From assembly GCF_001194135.2 (NCBI RefSeq), contig NC_068982.1, positions 151,247,930-151,293,523 of the forward strand: DNA of 45,594 nt. Direction: 5' to 3'. Shown one piece after another: positions 36,670-45,594 of the stretch. This DNA comes from Octopus bimaculoides. Taxonomy: Eukaryota. Within the stretch, counting starts at the first letter, position 1; each line of letters begins with the position of its first letter. The position numbers and the translations under genes are program-made. The notes below the pieces were generated by a model. It was not told the origin of the DNA. It searched no databases and saw only the letters and a program-made list of their open reading frames with translations.

Positions 36670-38073
36670 TAAAGCCAAAAAGAAAATTCCGCGATCAGGC
36701 CCAAACTTCGATCACGTGACCACAATAGTACCAACTGTAAGCACGCATGCGCAGAAAGCAGTGTGACAATAATAAAGATATGTTATGGCGAAAGTGCGAA
36801 TTATTTTTGACTTTCCCTCGTATATATAATGTTATTTTAAAGATGTTTAAAAAGGTAACCATAATTATATCTGATAAAAAGTGTAAACCTGGCAAGCCGA
36901 ATTTTGGTGGGACCTGATTTAACCCGATGTAAGGTGACTTTTGTTCATTAATAAATCCAAACAGTAGTGCACACGAACGAAAGAAACCCAAGCGGCAATA
37001 TGAGTCTCAATCTTCTTGGAAATTTATATAAACTCTTTGGATTTCCAAAGTTTTCTTTTCTTCTTGAGTCCATTGCTGATAGTAAGATTTGTTGTAATTG
37101 GAACCCGATGTTGGCATGCCTTTCCTGCTCCTAGTTACTCTTATTGGCTCTACATATGACAGATGGACTTTGCTTGTAGATTTCGAATGAAATTTACCGT
37201 AATGATTTGGAATGACAAACCCGCATTCACTGGACAACTGATTTCCATAGCTATGCGATTGTTTTCACTCGCAAATAAGTGTCAGTCCTGTTTTGTCTGC
37301 ATTTATCAGAAGCGCTCACGAGACTGTTCCATTAATATTCTTCTTGATGAAACGTATGAATATCTGCAAGTGAGATTTAGGCTTTATATTTAGCCCAAAT
37401 CGGTCCTTTATATGCATGAAATAGCACGATTTAGCAACAACATTACGTCACGTAAAAAAATCTTAACTTGATGAAATTTTTTGGCAACTACTGATTATGT
37501 GTGTAATAAATTCCTCAGATATATTATCGACCTTTCAATCAAAACTTGGAAAATTAAAGACTTTTTTTCAATGACAGTGGGTACAATGACAATGAAATCT
37601 GGTGAAGTACTTTTGGCTAGTAATTTTTACTCACAACCCATTTCCCATTTATAAAATCTATTGTCATTTTATACCTTGACTTTTATAATGTGCTTCGTTT
37701 GGAAAGAGGTTTTCTCAGATTTTACTATCATGTTTAATTTTTTTTCTTCGGGCCAAATTCTATTACTTTATTAGCTGAAAACTTTGTTTAAGTTCTGCTG
37801 TATCTTAGCCGCATAAACATTTATAGTGCAGATTTTAAGGTTGTTCAAAAAATATTATAGATTATATTTATGTTTATTGTTGTTGAGAATCAACACAAAA
37901 CCATTTGAATTTTGTCAAAGAGATACCAGTGAGATTGGTGGTAAAAAAACAGAAGCTCAGACAGACTGTTTCCTTGGCAAATTTTTTTTTATTATCAGAG
38001 AAATCATTGCGCTTTCGGTGAACAAGAATGAACAAGGTTAATCATGTCTCCCTAAGGCTTTCAGTATCAGTAA

Positions 38074-38318
38074 CTTTAAGGGTAAAATTTCTCAAAGAAT
38101 TGAGATTTTCACTGAATATTTTATGATGCAAAAATTGTTTTACCATATGTCAAACTCTTATAATTTCGTATATGTCTGTATATTTTAATGTATGCGTTTG
38201 GGTGTGTGTCTTTGTATGTATGTGTTTCTGTGTGTGTGTGTATGTTGTGTCTGTGTGTCTGTTTGTGGGTGTTTGAATACATACGTATGAGTGTTTCTGT
38301 TTGTGTGTGTGTGTGTTT

Positions 38319-38370
<52 letters not shown>

Positions 38371-39134
38371 NNNNNNNNNNNNNNNNATACGTCTTCATAT
38401 ACTAATAATTATTTATTAGCATTTCACGAAATTATAAGAGTTTGACATATGGTAAAACAATTTTTGCATCTTGTCAAATGTTGTGCTTTCAGCAGCCAGA
38501 AGTAAAGGGGAGACTCAAAAGTTGTTGTTTAATCTGAAACTGTCTTAATTTTATTGCAATTTGTTTTTGAATTCTGCCAGCGCAGCTCTATCAAGTTATT
38601 CGGTATATAATCGACTTCTTTCTACCACGTGAGTGTTTTCTTTTTGGCTGCAATATGTCTTCTTGTTATGGCAAACCAACTCTATATGTCAATGAAATAT
38701 ACAGTATAGTGACTTTGTTTAAAACGTCACAACACATAGAACTAATTCCCGTTTCTTATTTTGTGATGCCTTTCTATTATGCAGCTTTTCTACAGCTTCA
38801 GATTTTATGGCGTTTATTTTTCCACCGATGCATGTACAGTATCCTTTCTTGATTATACATTATACATTATGACGTGTTGCTGAAATAATTAACAGATTCT
38901 GGTAACTGTCCCAAAAGTTTGGGGTGCAGAATCATCATATATTTTAGATTGATCTTTTAAAGGATGTAGTTGATATACAGGAATGTTATAGTTCAGCTCA
39001 CACTGGCTGATGCTGAGGCGCATAACTGTGAAAATTATCAGACTGAGTGGAAATATATTTATACGCCGGATAATTTTATTTCCACATGAACTGAAATTAT
39101 CTTCAATTACTTGTCTCCGTGTCATGTCTGGTCA

Positions 39135-39200
<66 letters not shown>

Positions 39201-39885
39201 TGTCCAATAATCATTATCACATACTATCCTTTTATCTCTACAGATATCATTAATAACTTTTAAACATGAGATTGTTTGTTTCCGCCTTTTCTTTCAGTAA
39301 AATATCTGTTGTCTACAGGTAGTTTCAAAAAATATGGAAAATTTCTTTTCAACATATTGCTTTAAATTATTTTGAATAATGAGTTGGCGTTATTTACTGT
39401 ATCATCTAGGAAATTTATTGCGGTGAGAAGTATTCTATATACTTCACCTACAGTAGTTTAAAGTTGATGAGTAAAATGTGTCACATGAAGAAAAATTTAC
39501 TTATGGATCTAAACCATATGAAAGCAGCATAAGTCATCAACATCGTCATCATCATTTTATGTGTCACAAGAACTGGCCATGACTACAATATCACTTAGCT
39601 TGAAATACCTTCTCCAAAAGTCTCGGTTACTTTTCGTCGCCTCCGCGAGACTCAGCATCCGAAGAAAGATATTGAAAGACCATTTATTCAGTGTATCTAT
39701 ATGACTACACATCTGTAATGGATTGATGGTGCCACTTAATATGTCTGTATATTTTAATGTATGCGTTTGGGTGTGTGTCTTTGTATGTATGTGTTTCTGT
39801 GTGTGTGTATGTTGTGTCTGTGTGTCTGTTTCTGGGTGTTTGAATACATACGTATGAGTGTTTCTGTTTGTGTGTGTGTGTGTTT

Positions 39886-39936
<51 letters not shown>

Positions 39937-40078
39937 TGTGTCCATACGTCTTCATATACTAATAATTATTTATTAGCATTTCACGAAATTATAAGAGTTT
40001 GACATATGGTAAAACAATTTTTGCATCATAAAATATTCAGTGAAAATCTCAATTCTTTGAGAAATTTTACCCTTAAAG
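38074..40078. repeat. Local duplication: direct repeat 38170-38470 / 39739-40027, plus inverted copy 38074-38169 of 39983-40078
   Basis: Direct sequence comparison; the copies are near-identical. Confidence 0.9.
39555..39735 (-). mobile_element. Possible RTE-like LINE 3' fragment
   Basis: Minus translation LRMLSLAEATKSNRDFWR resembles RTE C-termini (L...E.A.DR..WR), followed by a GAT-repeat tail. Confidence 0.4.
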
Positions 40079-40273
40079 AAATTAATGAATCTAAAAAATA
40101 GGTTAAAAAATAAAAACATTTTAATAAAATACTACCCATTTTTTTCTTCAATACAGAATGACAAATCCATAATATTTAATTGATGACATTTGTTGTTTAG
40201 TAAATTTTCATTGCATTTCAACCAGACTATGTTAAACCAAACTCATCGTTATTATTATCATCATCAATATTAT

Positions 40274-40632
40274 TATTACCTCCGCCTTAGCGAAGGCGGA
40301 GGTATTGTTTTCAGTTGTGTTTGATGGTTTGTTCGTGGACAAGATATCTCAAGAACCGCTGAATGGTTTCGGATGAAACTTTCAGGGAAGTTTAGCCTCG
40401 TGAACTGATTAGATTTTGGGATCGATCCGGTACCGGACGAGGATTCTGGATTATTTTTCCTGTTTTTTTATTTAACTTTTAAGAGCGATCGGGTTCAATT
40501 TTAGTATTTTTGTTTGTGAGAGCAGTCAAGTTTATTTCAGATATTCTCATTTTAAAGACCATTTCTGGCTAATCGTTGAAAGGACCTTGGTGTTGCCTTG
40601 GCGCAGGTTTGCGCTCTCTGAGTGCTCTTGTT
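40274..40632 (+). mobile_element. Non-autonomous Helentron-type element (HINE/DINE-1-like)
   Basis: 5' hairpin TACCTCCGCCTT-AGCG-AAGGCGGAGGTA (40277-40304); 3' sub-terminal inverted copy GGCGCAGGT (40600-40608); short terminal stem GCGCTC/GAGTGC; TT-rich flanks; interior gaaccgctgaatgg...gatgaaactttcaggg typical of such elements. Confidence 0.65.
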
Positions 40633-41073
40633 ATTATTGTTTTACTTCTCAGAGTGTTCGATCTTGTTTGCTCTGGTAGATTCTGTGAGAGCGGACAGAA
40701 TCCCGTTGTCAGAAGTCTCATAGGATCATTATCCGGACATTATAAGCTTAGATACTTGGTTGTTAATATTTAGGGAGACATTCAACATCCAAGTATCAAT
40801 CTCATAATCTTAGCTGTGCCCAGCAGCGCAATTTTGGGACTTGCTCTACTCTCATGTCAATTCCGATTTCTCTGACATATTTCTCGAACATGGTTGTTAG
40901 TGCTCCGAGTACCCCTACAACTACGGGAATGACAGACATTCTCCTCATACTCCATATTGTTGCGATTTCGTCTTTTAGTAGTCCGTATTTTTCAATCTTT
41001 TCTAGCTCTTTGTCACTTATGCGTGCATCTCCAGGTATTGCAATACCGATAATCTTAGTTTCCTTTCTCCCTC

Positions 41074-41074
<1 letters not shown>
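40632..41074 (-). mobile_element. R4/Dong-like LINE 3' fragment F
   Basis: IIGIAIPGDARISDKELEKIEKYGLLKDEI...VIPVVVGVLGAL, then a 3'UTR ending AAACAATAATAA; 5' end abuts (AAT)n at 41075-41140. Confidence 0.85.
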
Positions 41075-41141
<67 letters not shown>

Positions 41142-41196
41142 TTCGTATGTGTATTTCGTGTGCAAGATTCTTGATGTGGATACGTGTGTTGAAAGA

Positions 41197-41262
41197 AATA
41201 CAATTAAACCTTGGGAGAGGCATTATGCCGGCATAATGCCTCTCCCAAGGTTTAATTGTATT
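41197..41262. repeat. Perfect 66-bp palindrome with no spacer
   Basis: Direct: AATACAATTAAACCTTGGGAGAGGCATTATGCC|GGCATAATGCCTCTCCCAAGGTTTAATTGTATT. Confidence 0.95.
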
Positions 41263-41280
41263 ATTATTATTATTATTATC

Positions 41281-41780
41281 AGTGAACTAAGGTAACACGT
41301 CTTGTGTATTCCTTTCAAACTGTCCATGCATTCTCATTTCAAGAAGGTCTTCTTTTCTCTTCTTATCTCTCTTCACGTCATCTCTATTTCCTAATTTTTG
41401 TACTTCCAGAGTTTCCTCGTTTCTTTTAGAGGTGCATTTTTATCTGTTGGGATATATCCAGATCTGGTTATTTTTCTTCGAGATTTTATATGAGTATACT
41501 GTTGTATTTTCGTTTTGTGGATAGAGCACTGCTGTGATATAGGCTAGCAGGTTAGAAATATACTCCTCTCGTGTCCATTTATGCTTATTTGGTTTTAATC
41601 GTAGGACACGAAGAATAACGTCCAGATCTTTGCTTGGGTTGTCATCATTTTTGTAGTGTACCGGTCGGATGGCTTGTGGTGTGAAAGTGATTTACACGTA
41701 TATTTTCGTACATTTTGTGTAATAAGTTTAAATCACGCACTTTCCGTTGGTTATTTTGGGGCCGAATAATACGGGTGTTA
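41281..41780 (-). mobile_element. Multiply deleted Dong-like LINE derivative G
   Basis: Minus: KWTREEYISNLLAYITAVLYP (N-terminal-like), then KEDLLEMRMHGQFERNT (post-RT), then GTGTTACCTTAGTTCACTG (matches family A 3'UTR at about 8980-8999) and an (AAT)n tail. Confidence 0.6.
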
Positions 41781-41832
41781 TTTAAATGATTATTATTATC
41801 ATCATTATTTAAATAATAATAATTATTATTAA

Positions 41833-41990
41833 GGCGGCGAGCTGGCAGAATCGTTACCGCTCCGGACAAAATACTTAGCAATATTTCTTCGGGCTCTACC
41901 TGCTGTGTTCAAATTCCGTCGAGGCCGACTTTGCCTTTCATTTTTTCGGGGTCGATAAAATAAACTACCAGTCAATGCTGGCTTTGTGCG
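41833..41990 (+). mobile_element. tRNA-derived SINE, family 1
   Basis: GGCGGCGAGCTGGCAGAATCGTT (A box), GTGTTCAAATTCC (B box), GACTTTGCCTTTCA...GGGGTCGATAAAATAA; preceded by ATT repeats. Confidence 0.85.
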
Positions 41991-44276
41991 AAAATTAGAA
42001 AGAATGGCCGTTCCTTTACATCCTAAATTTAAATTCCGTTACGCTCCAATTTGACTCGCATTCATTCCTAATCGATGAAATAAAGTACGGACCTCGTTAA
42101 CATCGACTATGTCTTTCTCCAAACGTTTGGCATTCTGCTTATGCTAGAAACCATTATTTGTTATTCATGGAATTTTATTGAATATAGAGGAGTTCTGCTA
42201 AACCGAATAATTTTTGCGTGACGTAAGTCAGTTTTTATTATTAATTATTAATGTTATATTCAGGAACAGAAGAAATTACTTTGCATTATATATATATATA
42301 TATCTTCTCTAGGGGAAACATGTTAGACATTTGCCGGCAAAAAGAGTTTGAGAAATTATACAAACAGCTACGAAATGTTTATTGGAGAGACTGAGATGAT
42401 GGCAATTTCATAATTTCTTCTTTTTTTGTGAAGGTGGTGGTGACGAAGGCAATTGAAATAACTATTTTTACGTAGCAACATTCTCGCAGTCGGTGCACAG
42501 AGACCATCTACATATTGACATGAAATTCCATTAATTATAGACAAAATGGATATGCAAGCAGCTCTGTTTGTTGCTGCAAGAAACGCAAAGTCTAGCACTA
42601 TATCTACACCTATCTCAAAATACCCAAGCACAATCAATGTCCTAGAACTCTACTAAAACACTACCAACCTCTGAAAATAAGAAACAATTTTCTCTTAATT
42701 TCCAACCTATGGTCATGAGTATGAAGTGGAGATTGGACACTGAAGTTTGAGATAGAATTTCTTTAAGAATAAAAAGCAGAATGGTCATAGTTTCAACTTC
42801 ATGTATTCCAGGATTGTTCAATCAGAGCTGACTGGGAGTTAAACCACCACCACCACCACTACCACCACCGCCTCCGCCGCCGCCGCCAGCTTATTATTTT
42901 CTAGCTTCTTATCCGTTTGCATAGGAAAATCCCATAAAATTTTGCGTTTCTTCGACTCAGGCACTCTTTCGATGCGATAATCATATCATGTATCTCCAGC
43001 TTCAAAACCCTAATTTTGACAAAGCTTCCAGTGTAAAACTTTCACTACTTGGTCATGCCTTCATTTCTTATGTTCTATCAGAGCCATCTTGGGACATTCT
43101 GCAACAATGTGTGTTACTGTCTCATTCTAAATTTCACAGATTCTATATTTTCTGACACTTTCCCTCTGCGTCTTAGCACTTCAATATAAAAAGGGTCTCC
43201 TTTGTGGAAGATATAGTACATGAAATACTAGGTAATTACAATCTTTTTTCACTAAATTATTTATAAAGATAGCCGAATGATTTGAAGCTATATTTGTATA
43301 CTGTTCCTTTAAACTTAGCTTTATTTAATAAGTAATATCTATTAGTTTCTATAGTTATATTGAATGAATTAGCAATGTGTTTGCGTCAGAAGTAATATAA
43401 ATGGAAGCTATTTTTCTTTTATTTATTGAAACAATCTGTTGAGAATTTAAATATGAATAAATCAGAGTATGAATTAGTTATCCTATAAAAAGTTAAAATT
43501 TAAAAGAAGTAAAACAAACAAGCAAGCATACAAAAAGCTCATAAATTTCCAAAGAATTTAGGATACCAATCGTCACACCAAAATATTTAACATAGTAGTA
43601 CATTCCATTTTTTTCTGATAGAAAATGATCGAAAAGTTGCAATGACCTTCTTGCATGATTTGGGTATCAGAATCACAGACTGAAACCTAATTTTCGGCGA
43701 ATTGAATTCCCGTATATGTGTGTGTTAGACGTGCATTTGTATCGGAAATATTCATACACATCGATGAAAAAATTGCAGCCAAACCGGTACGTCCGAACTA
43801 TTACCTTCTGTGGTACTTTTCCTCTCAAGTTGGACACTCATAACATTACCAATCTCAGAATCGGAAAAGCATGAAAAGAAATAATTATTTTTTTTATTTC
43901 AAACAATCAACGACGCTACTGTTCACAAAATGCATGACATAAAAGCCAATTTGTACCCTGTTACTAATAGATGTGCACTGATTTATGAAACAAGATTCCT
44001 TCTTATCCCCTCTGTGGTGGAGTTGCTTACAATACAGTTTTCTTCAAACCCTTCCACGATTCGGTGCCGTTGAGAGTCCAGTACGTTGCAAATACTGAGC
44101 AAGGCATTAACAATTTCCTGATAATCGATCTGAACTAGACGATAGCAGAATGGTGGCGAAGAAAAACAAACTTGCCAACAAAATTTGCACCAAAACTAGG
44201 TACTGCAACAGTAACAGAAGTAGCTGCAGTAATAACAATAGCAACTTCATTAGATGTAACAGGAATACAAAAAAGT

Positions 44277-44277
<1 letters not shown>

Positions 44278-44344
<67 letters not shown>

Positions 44345-44369
44345 NNNNNNNNNNNNNNNNNNNNNNNNN

Positions 44370-44430
<61 letters not shown>
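44278..44430. repeat. (GA)n microsatellite spanning N-gap 44345-44369
   Basis: Direct. Confidence 0.95.
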
Positions 44431-44431
<1 letters not shown>

Positions 44432-44708
44432 GATAGTGAATTGGTGTAACTCCTGTATTCGTCATATTAGGAGCAACAACTGTAATGTGGAATGAAACAT
44501 TATTTGCTTCGGTCACCTTAACCCCAAATTCACATTAACCTTATCTTTAACATCTATATTTATGTACACACTCCCCTACATACGCGAACACACACACACA
44601 TAAACTTAGGCACACAAGTGTACATAAACAAATGCATGCACATATATGTTCACCGCTATCTATCTATCAACCTCTCTGTCTGCCTACCTGCCTGTCTGTG
44701 TGTATTCG

Positions 44709-44709
<1 letters not shown>

Positions 44710-44751
<42 letters not shown>

Positions 44752-45026
44752 NNNNNNNNNNNNNNNNNNNNNNNNNNNNNNNNNNNNNNNNNNNNNNNNN
44801 NNNNNNNNNNNNNNNNNNNNNNNNNNNNNNNNNNNNNNNNNNNNNNNNNNNNNNNNNNNNNNNNNNNNNNNNNNNNNNNNNNNNNNNNNNNNNNNNNNNN
44901 NNNNNNNNNNNNNNNNNNNNNNNNNNNNNNNNNNNNNNNNNNNNNNNNNNNNNNNNNNNNNNNNNNNNNNNNNNNNNNNNNNNNNNNNNNNNNNNNNNNN
45001 NNNNNNNNNNNNNNNNNNNNNNNNNN

Positions 45027-45074
<48 letters not shown>

Positions 45075-45120
45075 GCGTGCGTGCGCGTGCGTGCGTGTGT
45101 ATGTGTGTGTGTGTGTATCT
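44710..45120. repeat. (CT)n / N-gap 44752-45026 / (GT)n
   Basis: Direct. Confidence 0.95.
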
Positions 45121-45129
45121 GTGTATATA

Positions 45130-45594
45130 CGTAGTCTGATCAATAAGTATCCGGACTGTTGCCATAGTAATGAAGCTAAACCACGCAGAGTGAATCCGCT
45201 TGGAACAGATTGACCTTGAACTCTGCTGTGCATGCGCACTAAGTTTTAACGTTCTGTCTCATATTCGCTGTGTACAGTAGTGTTTGGAAGGAAGGTGTGA
45301 TCGTTGCATTGACCATGACAGAGAAAGTTGAGCAGAAAATCTGCATCAAATTTTGCCCAAAACTTGGCGATACTATGCAAAGTTTTCAAAACATTCTTAC
45401 CGTTCTCGACACAATCAAGGAGATATTGTGCAACTGAAACCTGAGTGCCTTTTTTGGTCAGCTGAAAGCAGTTTTTGCAGAAACTTGGTAAACACGCGTC
45501 TCATACCCAAATCTTCAGTGATAATGGACTGAATTGAACTGTAACTAATCTGCACATCCTCTGATAACTCACGGATGGTGATTCTACGATTCCC
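45130..45594 (+). mobile_element. mariner element left end with an internally inverted transposase segment
   Basis: TA + TIR CGTAGTCTGATCAATAAGTATCCGGACT; ATG at 45315 gives MTEKVEQKICIKFCPKLGD. From about 45378 the transposase continues on the minus strand (NRRITIRELSEDVQIS...DLGMRRVFTKFLQKLLS). Confidence 0.82.

Noticed and set aside
36744-36790. NRF1-like CGCATGCGCA plus ATGGCG as a promoter
   Set aside because: Similar GCATGCGCA motifs occur within the CR1 3'UTR and the mariner end in this window; no downstream gene is identifiable.
37007-37400. ORF cluster with INADKTGL resembling pogo/Tigger DDE transposases
   Set aside because: A single weak motif with no further catalytic motifs or TIRs.
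42843-42889. (CCA)n(CCG)n GC-rich tract as a first exon
   Set aside because: Isolated short repeat with no CpG-island context or ORF support.

Overview
AT-rich eukaryotic DNA dominated by repeats, from a fragmented assembly with 9 N-gaps, each beside a microsatellite. The repeat inventory resembles what I recall of octopus/cephalopod genomes (inference, not verified). I recognise no intact host gene; nearly all listed ORFs are microsatellite or gap artefacts or transposon debris. Identifiable content: one Tx1/L1-type LINE remnant; about 8 fragments of R4/Dong-type LINEs with a restriction-like endonuclease (RLE), sitting in (AAT)n tracts, six of them stacked head-to-tail at 8.7-12.9 kb; CR1- and RTE-like 3' ends; several decayed Tc1/mariner elements and a MITE; a Helentron-like non-autonomous element; three tRNA-derived SINE families; and several inverted repeats. 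The most interesting item is a minimal type I hammerhead-ribozyme fold (26313-26366, minus strand, core mutated in this copy). It appears to be the body of a tRNA-headed SINE that was split by a Dong-like LINE inserting into its internal (AAT)n.
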